From: Oikopleura dioica
Lineage: Eukaryota; Animalia; Chordata
Direction: 5' to 3'
Length of the DNA stretch: 64,000 nucleotides
Assembly: GCA_907165135.1 (NCBI GenBank)
Contig: OU015566.1
Span: 3,844,001 to 3,908,000, forward strand
Numbering within the stretch: the first letter of the stretch is position 1; the number at the start of each line of letters is the position of its first letter. Below, in pieces: positions 49,401-60,729 of the stretch. Below the pieces are notes generated by a model, which saw nothing but the letters and a program-made list of their open reading frames with translations, did no database searches and had not been told where the DNA came from. The translations under genes were made by a program, and so were the position numbers.

Positions 49401-50013
49401 GTTTTTGGTGGAGTAATGACGTCATCAAGATTTTTTCCTATGATTATAGTGTATTTTTGAGCAGCTGATTAATCCACCGCCAGTTATGGTGTTGACACCA
49501 AAAGCTTATTTAACACACTACAGACACTCCCCAACTTGGTGCAAAAGAGAGAATTGAAAAATCTTGACTCTAACACCTCCACCAATTAGGAGCAGAATAA
49601 AGAAAAAATAAGTCTAGAAAAAAGCCTATGTGAATAAAGTCCCTGGCCTATGTGAATTAAGTCCCTGGCGCCATCTTTGGTAGCTTTTTAGTGGTTCGAT
49701 CCGACGGGGATCCGAATTTTCCGATCGGAAATTCCGATCCGATTTTACCGATCGGAACCGATTTTCCCGATCGGACATGACAAAAATTTTCTCATCCGAT
49801 CCGACCGATTACCGATCCGATTCCGATCGGATCGGATTTCCGATCGGATTCCGATCCGATTGGGCAGCCCTGCTTCTGCGTCTCGTGCATTTGCCGAATG
49901 CACTCATCTCGATGATCTGGGGAGCCAGAAATGGAAGCGATAGAAACTGCTTCTGCTAGTCTATCGACCCACTTTTGCTCGTTTTCTTTCAGGTGATTTA
50001 TAACAGCCTCCAT
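46410..50013 (-). CDS. CNDP2: Cytosolic non-specific dipeptidase (M20A), paralog A
   Basis: [71 protein letters not shown]. Confidence 0.93.
47195..47875. mobile_element. TTAA-specific MITE (Kolobok-like termini) in a CNDP2-A intron
   Basis: TTAA on both flanks; 15-bp TIR GG(G/C)TATGGTACGCGC. Confidence 0.8.
48728..49872. mobile_element. hAT-like MITE inserted in the first coding exon of CNDP2-A
   Basis: 8-bp TSD CTTCTGCG; TIR CAGGGCTGCCCAATCGGA; many subterminal CCGAT(C) repeats. Confidence 0.93.
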
Positions 50014-50186
50014 TTTTCCAGTCTAAAAATTGTGAAGTTAAAGTTTGATCATGAAAATGGCAAATTATCTTTGATAAATTAAAAGAAAGAATGAACTGTA
50101 ATCATCAGTAACATGTAAATCAGAACGTTGAAAGATTGGAATCCGTAGGAGAAAAAGATTTTTGACTAATATAGACTAAATAAAGA

Positions 50187-52288
50187 CTATTCTTTGCCCA
50201 GCCGGTGGATGTAGTTGGCAAAGACTTTCATGCCATTTGTGTAGTTGATTTTGTTGAGCTTTTCGTTTTGGGAATGAGCTCCATCGTCGCTGGAGCCCAT
50301 CGGGAGGAGTAGAACTGATCGACCCGTTACTTCTTCGAAGACCAAAGTGACTGAAGATAAAATTAAGGTGATGTGTTTTAAAATAAGGCGAGAGAACTAG
50401 GAGCATTTCAAAAAATGAAACATTTCGTCGGCAGGCGAAACCGTAAGAGATGTAATTGCACATGTGCAGTAAAACTAAGGTAATTGCATATATGCAATTA
50501 CTTAATAAAATGTTATGTATCATTTTGACGATGCTAACGAGACAAATGCGATCTTGATTTATCGAAATTAACAGTCACTTATGGTTAGGCTTATTTTAGG
50601 AAAAAATTGTCCGTTTTTCGACCTTCACTTATCTTCACCATTTTTTGTCCATTCGGGTTAATTTTTCAAACATTTTTTTCTAGAATTCTGTACCTCGTAC
50701 AGTATTCTAACCTCGATATTCGTCTTTTTTGACCTTGATTTACCCAAGAGGGGACAGAAATTTGAATTCATGAAGATATTTAGAAGGACATTTTTTCTAA
50801 AATAAGCCTACTTATGGTGTTTGTAAGAAACGCAAAACTTACTTGGAATAGAACATCCCTCTCTTGTCAAATCCGGCTTGACACCCCAGACATCCTCGAC
50901 AGCCTTAATCGCCGCCTGATAATTTGGAGTGGTGGTCTCCGCCTTCCAGGGCTTTCCGGGCCCCTTCGCCAAATAGCACTTGACTTGATTCCCAGTGCCA
51001 AGCTTGGCGTGAACCGCTTCGATGTGATCCTTGACGCACTTTTCAACGTGATCGAAGCTCATCGATGGGACCAGTCGGATCGAGAATTTGCCGATAACTT
51101 TTCCCGGAATGACGGTTTTCTCTCCTGGCTCGGCAAAGGCGCCCTGGATTCCATGGATCGAGAGAGAAGGCTCTCTCCATCGTCGCATCAGTAGTTTTGC
51201 CTAAGAACATATGTTTATACGTATTCTTTTACTTTCTTCTGAATCTTACCTTACTTTCTTCAGTCAGTTTATTCGTCCCAACATCAGCCTGATAGGCGCC
51301 CATATCAAAGTCAATGTCTGCATAAGTTTTCATCTCTTCTTCAGTCAAATCATCAACTTCTTTTCCAACACCGTCGATCAATATCTTCCCTTGAAAAAAC
51401 CGGTCTAAAGGAAAACAGATCTCTGTAGTGCGTACCTTTGACATCGACCAAACTTGAGAAAATATGGGAAAGTTCAACGGTAGCTTCGTGAACGCTACCG
51501 CCAAAGACGCCAGAGTGAAGATCTTGTTTTGCGCAAATGACTTCGAGGTAGAAATACATGCAGCCTCTTTCATGAGTTTTCCAAATCAACTCCTGCTATG
51601 ATCTTTTATGAAGATGAACTCATTCCTGAGGCCGTAGGTCACACATGGTTTGGTCTTTCCAAGGAAGTAATTGTCAGAAATGCAGACCCAATCAACATTC
51701 GTCTTGAAAAAGTCATCCCTCTTTCTAACAAGCTCTTCAAGTCCAACTGAACCTGATTCTTCCATTCCTTCGAGGCAGAATTTGATATTAATCGGAATCT
51801 CCGTGTTCGTCTTTTGAAAACTCTCGATGACATTGACCCAGCCGAGGACTGGTCCCTTATCGTCCGTGCTTCCTCGGCCGTACATCTTTCCATCTTTTTC
51901 TGTGAGCACAAAAGGGTCGGTATCCCATCCGTCGGATCTAAGAGCCGGTTGGACATCTAGATGGCCGTAGATAAGTAGAGTCTTCTTGTTTGGGTCGTCT
52001 CCGAGTTTGGCGAGAATGACGGGCGGAAGAGGGTGACTTTTACCATCGTGCATCGTGTGAGATCCTGAAATTAAGGTCTCTATTTTCGGTCGACGATTTC
52101 ATACCTAAATCGACGATTTCGGTAGAGCAACCGAGTTCCTTGAGCATTTTATCCGCAACATGCATCTGCTCAATCGTCTGTGGCCGATTGTCTGGTGAGC
52201 AAGAAATTGAAGCAATGGCGACATTCTGGGAAAGTCTCTCCACCCATTTCTTCTCATTGGCGTCGAGGAATTCGATCACTTTGTCCAT
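50187..52288 (-). CDS. CNDP2: Cytosolic non-specific dipeptidase (M20A), paralog B
   Basis: Same M20A motifs as paralog A with different intron positions. Confidence 0.93.
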
Positions 52289-52466
52289 CTTTCTCTAAAT
52301 TGAAATTCGTTAAAATGGGGTGAGGATCATCGTTCCGCTGGGAGTTTCTTCTTTTTGTTGATAATTCAGCAAATACGCCCCTGTCGCAAATAAATATTTG
52401 AACGAAAATTAAATCTTCCGATTTTCTACCTAATCGGTATAAAAGAAAAAAAGAAAGAAACTCTGT

Positions 52467-53567
52467 ATGATTCCGACGAAAATCTCACTTTTTCTAGCGA
52501 GCGCTTATTTGACAAGTGCTCCGAGAATCCCTCTCCCACCTGTCCAACCTCTTTTCCGGGCTCCACTTATTCACGTATAAAAACCAACCCAGTTCAAATC
52601 GTCCAAAACTCAAAGTTCAAAAAAGAGACAAAATTCCGTGATGAAGATTTGTACAAATTTAGCTTCGCTTTCATTCGTCTTCGCCACTCCGGGGACATTT
52701 CCGTGGATCGAGGACAACGGGATTGATATTCAACAGGGATCGAGGGGAATAATAAGTATGAGGGGCTTATTTGTTCTAAGATAATGATGATTTTAAAATT
52801 AGATTTGCCGATTTATGAGTACGAGTACGAAGAAGATAATTCAACTTCAAATGAACGAGGAGCTATTCAGGTAAATTTAGATAGGACGATTAAGAAAGTT
52901 AGAGGGAAAATTTCAGCCTGATGCGAAATTGAACAAAATGATTGCCAATGCAAGGGACTGGATCGAGGCGTACGCAAAAGATTATCGAAAGAAAGAAAAA
53001 CTCATCAAAGTTGTGGACAAGTAAGTTCCCTATTTTTAAAAATTTAAACACAAAAAAATCAAGGATCGATGTCAAATTCAACAACGCTCTCAAAGCAAAA
53101 CTATGCGCGTATCCCGAAAACTCCCGAAGCTTGGGCGAGTTCGAACGATTCGAAGACGACTACTACGAGTTTGAAATCGAGGAAGCAATGGAAGAGGATT
53201 CTGACCCGACTGGCAGCGCGTTGATTTTGGCGAGAGGGAAGAAAAAAATTGACCCGATTGAAAAGGCGTTGAAATTCAAGAAAGGACTTGACAGGTAAAA
53301 TGATGACCTTTTTTTTGCCTTAAAAAATAATTTTAAATTAAGATGGAGAAACAACTACATCAACCAAGACTGCGAAAAAGCTGTCCGCCTCCCCACTTTA
53401 TCCCAAAAACTCTACCTTACCTTCGAAACCGCAATTATTTCTCAAAAATCATCGAAAGCCGACTACCGACTCCACAAAAGACAACGCAAATTATCCGTCA
53501 TCGAGCCTTCTTTCTGAGAAAATCCGAAAGAAACAGCCTTTTTCTAATGCTTCGTCAGTCGAATTGA
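52467..53567 (+). CDS. Uncharacterised multi-exon, possibly secreted protein
   Basis: MIPTKISLFLASAYLTSA signal-like start and several short coding-like exons; no family recognised. Confidence 0.35.
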
Positions 53568-53671
53568 CTACCACTAGTATTGACTCTTTCTTTTGTCCAA
53601 AAAATGTAATAAAAATCCCGAAGATCTTTTGTAATAAAAAAGTGGCTCAAAAACCGAGTTTTAATTTTTGA

Positions 53672-54232
53672 ATGGCGAGGAAAATCGAGAATTTTGAAGA
53701 GTTCAATGAGATTTTCGTCAACAAGGAAGGAAAAGGAGGAATTCGAGTGCTATTTATAAGCGCTACTGGTTGCGGAATCTGCAAGAATCTTGAAAAAAGA
53801 CTTCCAGCAACGGATTTACAAGGCGGCTTTTTCTAAAAACGAAGCCGCTGAGAATTTAAATAATATTAAAATGGTGGTTTTCGCGAAGCCGCTCCGCGGC
53901 TACTTTCTTATAAAAGGCGCTATAGCGGTATTTAATAACAACTCTCGAGATTCTTAAGCCCCGAGCGGCTTTCTCAAATCAACTGAAAGATGAGAAAATT
54001 GTAAATCAAAACTAAAGAACTAATCAAAGAATTCCCCGCTGTAAAATTCTACCGCGCGAATGTGGGAAACATAAAAGAACTAAAAGATCTGGTCTGGAGC
54101 CTGAATTCTCAATCCTATCTCGCCTGGCCTTTTTGGTTAATAAAAGAAGAAAACAAGGAAGAATTCACGATCGCAGAATCCTGCGCCGTCATTTTGAGAA
54201 TAAGAAATCACCTGCGAAATATTCAACTTTGA
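53672..54232 (+). CDS. Divergent thioredoxin-fold protein (CGIC), two exons, missed by the ORF track
   Basis: VLFISATGCGICKNL..ELIKEFPAVKFYRANV..AWPF; in-frame join needs a GC donor (CAAG|GC at about 53823). Confidence 0.7.
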
Positions 54233-55018
54233 AATAAAAATTTTTTTTTCTGAATTTTTATTGAACATCGAAGGAAAAATGGTGCAGTAAACAGAAGAGA
54301 AGGAGAGAGAGAGGATAAAAACGAATTTTCTAAAAAGAGAAGTTTTGAATCTGGCTTAGATAGCCCATTTCAAAGCAGTCTTTTTGAATGACTGAAGCAG
54401 AGAAAAATAGAATAAGTTAGAAATAGAAATTCACTGGTCAGTTCTTGATAAGAAAATTCGACTACTCGGAATAGGGCGAATTAGAGCAAAGAATATGTTC
54501 GAAAACAAGGTCAAAAGGGGATAAAGTGCTTATTTTTCTAAATTGATTCTTTGCAATAATATTAGTGATAAAATAATATTCAATATTATTCAGGATGATG
54601 GAAAAAAGATGTTATAAAAAGGGGGGAAATAAAAACTGAAAAAGATGAAGAGAGAAAATTAAACGCAAGCTGGGAGATGAAAAAAAATGAGAGAGAATGG
54701 GAACGATTTCGAATAATCTCTCTAGAATTTTGTTTGGAGGTGCTGGTGGCGGTGGCAGGGCGACAAAACAAGAAATTCTTTCAATTGTTTCTAGAGTCGG
54801 ATGAATTACATTGCTTTCGGCTTTGTTGATACGCTTTCTGAAGGAAATACGGTTAGTTACCGTTAACTTAGGCGGGGCCCCTAGGCGGTCCTGTGTACAA
54901 AACCTGAGTCAGGGTCTGACTAAGGGTCTGAAGGGGCTAAAAGGAAAAGCCGCGAAGCGGCTTATTTAAAAACGAAGCCGCTACGCAGCTTTTCTTTTTC
55001 ATACATTCAGACCCTTAG

Positions 55019-55282
55019 TCAGGGGCCCTGACTCAGGTTTTCCACAACCCGTCTGAAATTACCTGTACGATTGCGGCTGCGGTAAATTTCGCGCGCATTG
55101 TGAGGTCGAATCTCGACGAGTTTGTTTGAGGCAGATCGAATGAAGATTGAAGGTGACTCGCAGACTGAGTAAGTTCGTCTTCGCGACTTCTTTTTCTCCT
55201 TGGCCGGGATGGCGCCGGGCACTGGGGCTTCTTCTTCGACGATTTCGAATTCCATCTCTTCGAGGGAGAGGTCTAAGCTCAT
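55019..55282 (-). CDS. Uncharacterised protein, first exon
   Basis: ATG ORF with acidic and basic segments and a G|gtaat donor at about 55062. Confidence 0.35.
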   Translation of the reverse strand: MSLDLSLEEMEFEIVEEEAPVPGAIPAKEKKKSRRRTYSVCESPSIFIRSASNKLVEIRPHNAREIYRSRNRTGNFRRVVENLSQGP

Positions 55283-56591
55283 TGCTCAAAAAAGATTTCT
55301 AAGAAAAAAAGTACAGGAATTTGTACTGACGCGTCAGCTTGTTCAAATAAAGAGGGGATGAACGTTCATCGTTTTAAATTGGTGATTGAAAATAAACATA
55401 GACTTGAATTTAGCCAAGACACTGTTCTCAAGAGGGGTGTGACTCGTGAGCGGAAAAAGGGTTGAAATTGATGTCTCGTGACTTTGAGTCGCCTGAAAAG
55501 GGCGATTCTAGAGCTAGCGATAGGTTCGGCAGCAGATGAAAAAATAACCTGACTCAGGATTTTAAACTGAAGCCGCAAAGAATTTAAACGGCCCGCGGCT
55601 TTCGTAAATCCTGACTCAGGCTTTCAAAAAATCAAAAGTTCAAGAACAAAACTCAAATTGACGCAAGGGAAAAGCAAATTTACGCAAATTTGAACTTGCT
55701 GAATTTGTTCCTTTTTAACCATTTTGGGATGATGAAAATTATTTTGAGCAATTTCCTGATAGATCTTCTTCAAAGCTGCTGGAGAGGGACATTTTTTGGT
55801 TTTTTACGAAATCCAATTTCAAGTCTGAAAAGAAAATTATTAATTTCGAGCCAGTTAAAGCGATTTATTTATTATTCTACGAGAATTAGATAATAATCAG
55901 ACTATTGAATCATTTTATCTTAATTTATCAGTAAGTTTCATATGTATTTATCTCTTTAAAGTTTTCATAGAAAAAGTTCTCTATCTCTCTTCATATTTTA
56001 TCTCTCTTCCGGAAGAAATTTTAAACTCAGGAAATCTTTTTAGGGCTTCATTTTGTAAAAATAGAATTTTGAGTCGAACTTTTTTTCGACTCGATTTTCG
56101 CGTCTGAAGTCTGGGAGCACAGCAGAGTCAAGAAAAAATGAAAAGAGACGATTTTCGACCAATGGGCGCGCGCCGAACGAACCAAGCTAAGAACAGTAAA
56201 AATTCAAAACACGTTTTTATTTTCGAAGGTATCAGCAAATTTGAAATAAAGAAGAAGGTGGGGCCACCCTTAGGTCAAATGAGAGCGTCACGAGATCTCG
56301 CTGCTCTCGTCGAATTGCCGGATTTGGCGAGTTCGCGCGAATTTTTTGATGAAATTGCAGTTTTTACTCGAAAATATAAATATTTTTTACATTTTTGCCG
56401 GGTCTGAATCATTTTCCACGAGTTCATTACGAACTTTTTCGATGAAAAATGTACAGGGAAATACAAAAATCGTCAATTTTGACCTAGGGTAACCACCTTT
56501 ATTCACTCTTCAACTTCGCAAAGCTGAGCTCTAGAACCTGGGCTCTTACTTACAAAGAAGATAAAAATGACTGTATTCGATTGATTATTCT

Positions 56592-57040
56592 GATAGATCA
56601 TCGTTTCCGGCAAGTTATTTTTCTACGGAAACGATGATCTGTCTTTTCTATATCGATGGATTCATTGCAATCATTCAGTTAATTTTTAACTGAATTAATT
56701 GAATGATTACATAACGTAATGAATCCATGTTATCAAAGTCGGTAAACCACGTGATTCGAAAAGAAACGCCTTCAAATTAACGACTTTAGTTTCAAAAACC
56801 GGAGAATCTTAAATTTGAAGGCGTTTCTTTTCGTTCAGAAAATTATTGAACTACTGTGTTGTCACATGATTTCTTGAATCAACACAGAAGTTCATCAGTC
56901 ACGTGGCTTTTCGAGTCGAAAGACTGATAATTTTGTTGTGAAAACAACCAAGTTTTTGGTTCAAACTTGGTTCGACTCAAGTGCGTTTCTCACGTGACCC
57001 GTTTCTCAGCGTCGAATTTTTTATTGAAAACGCACTCGAC
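56592..57040 (+). ncRNA. Candidate structured ncRNA / miRNA cluster (tandem hairpins)
   Basis: At least five unrelated consecutive stem-loops, most mismatches G.U on plus; AATAAA at 57061. Confidence 0.35.
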
Positions 57041-57195
57041 GTGGTGCTCATTTTGTTTGCAATAAAAATAATCCCACGCCGTGAAATGAGCTTCACGGGT
57101 GATAATCCAATAACACAGTGTTTTTTGTTCTCTTCATAATATGACCGAGTTTTTATTGTCAGGTTTTTTGTACAAAAATATGCTGTTCCGTATTT

Positions 57196-58888
57196 TTAAT
57201 ATCTTTGACGCTGTCGCCTTTGAGATGCTGCTAGAAGTCGAAGGCATTCTTGAACTGTCAAGATTCTGTCGTCCCAGAAAAACTCGTATTCTTCACAGTC
57301 TTTTCTGCTTCTTGGGCCCACTCCTGAAATTTTCTTATTGAAAAAAACGAGGTTTTATAATTCAGATGTACCGTAATCGTCATCATATTCGGATAGATCC
57401 TCATCAAGTTGATTCGATTCAAGGTTTTTTAGTCTTTCGATGCATTCCTCTGTTGACAGGAATTTTCCAGAGTAGAAAAAGTCTGATGATCTGCATTCTT
57501 CTTCGTTTTCGGGGTCTAAATTGGGTGTAATTTTGATAATTGATGGAAAAAGATACCTCTTGTTTGAATTTTCTTAGCGCTTTTGATGATGAACATTGTT
57601 CGCCTGTCAACGATTTCGACGCACTCTGAGTTCGACAGCCTTCGATCATCTTTCAAGTAAAAGTTTTTCTCGAGACATTCCTTCGTCGTCAGCGGATACA
57701 GTCTGTTTGGCGAGCTGTCGAGAAGGGCTTGGCACTCTGATTTGCTCAGTCTCCGGCCGTATTGATCGTAGAACTCGTAGAACTTGCAGTCTTTTGAAGA
57801 TTGCGGCCAAGAAACTACTCTTATTTCTTTGAATTCTCAAGTTGTACTTACTGAAGTCAAACTTTCTTCCTTCGCTTTTTTGAGCTGAACTTGAAGATGA
57901 CCATGGCGACTCAGGCTTCTTTTTTGGACATTTTTCTTTGTTGCAAACTTCACCCTCTTCCTTGTCTCCCAGACACGGCCCTTGAGATTTTTAAGAAAAA
58001 AAATTCCTTTTTGAAAATTTTACCGTTTTGGCAGTATCGATTTCTGATCCTAGTACCGCCTCCACAGGTTTTAGAGCAAGTCGACCATTCTGACCATTCT
58101 GACCAAAGTGGAGATCTGAAATAAGGGTGTCTCTTTACTAAAATTTTCCATCTCCCTCTTACGGTTTCGTAGAACACGGTTTGAAGCAAGTCCTAATTTC
58201 AATATCGCTGCCCTGGCATTTTCCCTCGACCGAGCATCTTCTTAGTCTCATTTGTTCCAACTCGCCACACTTCTTTTCCTGACCCTGACCGCAAGCTGAC
58301 CAAGGGCCAAAGTCCTCCCAGGTGGCCTTTTCTTCAAGTCGACATTTGTTCTTCAGATGTTTTCCTTGAAGTTTTGACCGCTTGATGCCCTTTTTGTTGC
58401 GAAATGTTCTGAAATAGAAAAATTGAAAGTAAGCAATAAATTAATCGTACCCCACCCTTTTCTGTCAATACACTCTGACCTGTCAAAATTTGACAGGTTA
58501 CAATAAAAAACGCAAATGAAAGTGGGAATGACATTCTTTCGACTCCCAAGGTCAATTTTTCCCAAAAAAATTTTCTTGAACTCACCGAATTTTGAAGATA
58601 AAGTAGCATTTCTTCCCCCTCCTCAGTGCGCTGGATTCATAATCATCAACTTTGAAATTCCCCCAGTAATTCGAATGAGCCGTGACTTGAGCAATGCATT
58701 TTTCAATCGTCCGTTTTCTACCGCTGGCGCTTGTGTCTGATCGGATTTCTTCGCATTTGAGGTTTGTCATGTCAGGAATACAGGCGGCTTTCATCGACGG
58801 AAGACCTCGAAATGCCAAGTTCAATGCTTTTGACAGGTCGTTTCGGAGGGCTTGAGATTTCAGACTTGTTGGGCAAGGAGATTTTTCT
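57196..58888 (-). CDS. Protein with two thrombospondin type-1 repeats (5' end unresolved)
   Basis: [22 protein letters not shown] and [28 protein letters not shown]. Confidence 0.8.
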
Positions 58889-60729
58889 GAAAGTTTTTGG
58901 TTAAAAAGAGCTCTTTTTGAGCGGCAAAAATTAATTTTAATTGACAGTATGTTTGATTCATTAGAAGTGAAGAAGAACTGGAGAAATGGATACAGAAAAA
59001 TCTATCCCTGGAGCATTTTATGATTTTTTAATCAATTTTCTAGAATAACAAAATCATTCTTTCTTTCATTTATACTAATTTGACGAGCTTTTTTATTAAA
59101 TAAAAACTGTTAAATCAGCTTTATCGCCCCCGCTTCCGCATATTTACACAGCGACAGTTTAATAACGGAAGATCAAGGCCCGGCGTGAGCGCTGTTCAAA
59201 CTCTCAAATTCGAGTTTCATTTTTTTTTACTGAGCTCAACTGTAGGTCACGTTCCATTTTTTCTGTCGCTATTGACCTTCTCGAACCCCGGTAGACTTTC
59301 CTGATCTCGAGGAAATTTTCATGGGCCGTAAGAATCATTACGCGCTATTTGCAAATGTGGTTATAATTTTTGCGAAGCTGGCAGTTTTTTTATTGCTTCC
59401 CCCCAGAATTACGATAAATTCCAATTTCTAGCAGCTGTTTCGTAGAGAGGGGTTATCTTTCGAGTCACCAAATTTCTCTAGAATCTGGGCTAGGCTTAGG
59501 GACAGTGAACTCATAAGGGGGCGAAGCCCCTGGTTTAGGCCTTAGGTGGGGGTCCCGGGGGGCTAGCACCCTGGGTTAGGCTTAGGGTTAGGGGCAGCTG
59601 AAATGATAACCCCCTAGTACCAGCTGATTTAATTGATACCATAAATTTTATGGTGAAAAGAAGATGATGCCAAAAAATGATCGCTAGATCCCCCTGGTCT
59701 GGCGGAAGTAAACATGATGGGTCCAGCAGAGGATTAACCATGTCAAATCAATCGATCTCAATATCAACATCGAGCTCTTCGCAAAGTCAATAAATCAAGA
59801 AAAAATTCTTTACCATAATTTTTATTCTTACCATTTTTCGCTAAAACAGCATGTTGCCATAGCAGTAATTTTAGGACGAGTTGGATTTTCAGGGACATTT
59901 TTTTTCCTCCTTGATTTCAATTTTCAATTTTTTGACATCAGAATTTTTAAGGCCGTTTTTGGACGAGTTCTCGTTTTTATATCTTTCGCGCTTATACTGT
60001 TTTAATTCTTCAATAACGGCAGTTATTAGTTTTCTCTGGCGACATTAAAAACGCTGAAACGAGGGAAGTGCAGAGTCAGACCTGGGCAAACAAGGATAAA
60101 ATCGACGTGACGTTTTTTTATTAGAAAAAATTTGTAGTTCGACTCGAGGAAATTTGTTTATTGCATAACGATTGCTTGTTTTGATGAGACTGTGACCTGC
60201 GGCATGTGCTGGACTTGAGCGTAAGGTTTTCTTCTTCGATGAGGTTTTGGCTTGAAGGAGGACTTCTTTGAGGACCGTTCTATTTCGTTCTATTTCGCGC
60301 AAGTTGAAAAGCTTTTGTCTCGATTTCCCTCCTTCCAGGACTTCCAGGATACCCGGACTTGTCCTTGAGATCGAAAAGTAGACAAATATTATTTGCAAAA
60401 AAGCATCTTGGAATTTCCCGGTACGACAAATGCACCAAGAACTTGCTGACAAGCAACAAAAAACACATCAAAGACAGGGTCTTAAGATCTTGACCTGTCA
60501 CTGAACTAATGTCATTTATAAACAAACAGAATAAAAAGAGGTCAAGCGAAGATGCGACCTTTAGAGTCTTAAAAACTTCAACTGCTTATGAAAATTTTTG
60601 CTTAAAAATCCTGCAAACTGGTTGAATCAAGAACCGAGTCGTCGAAAATATTTGTCTCGGTGGGGCGGGTGCACTTGAAATTCATTTGTTCGGGTGAAAA
60701 TTTGTTGGGCGTGAAAATTTTGCATAAAA

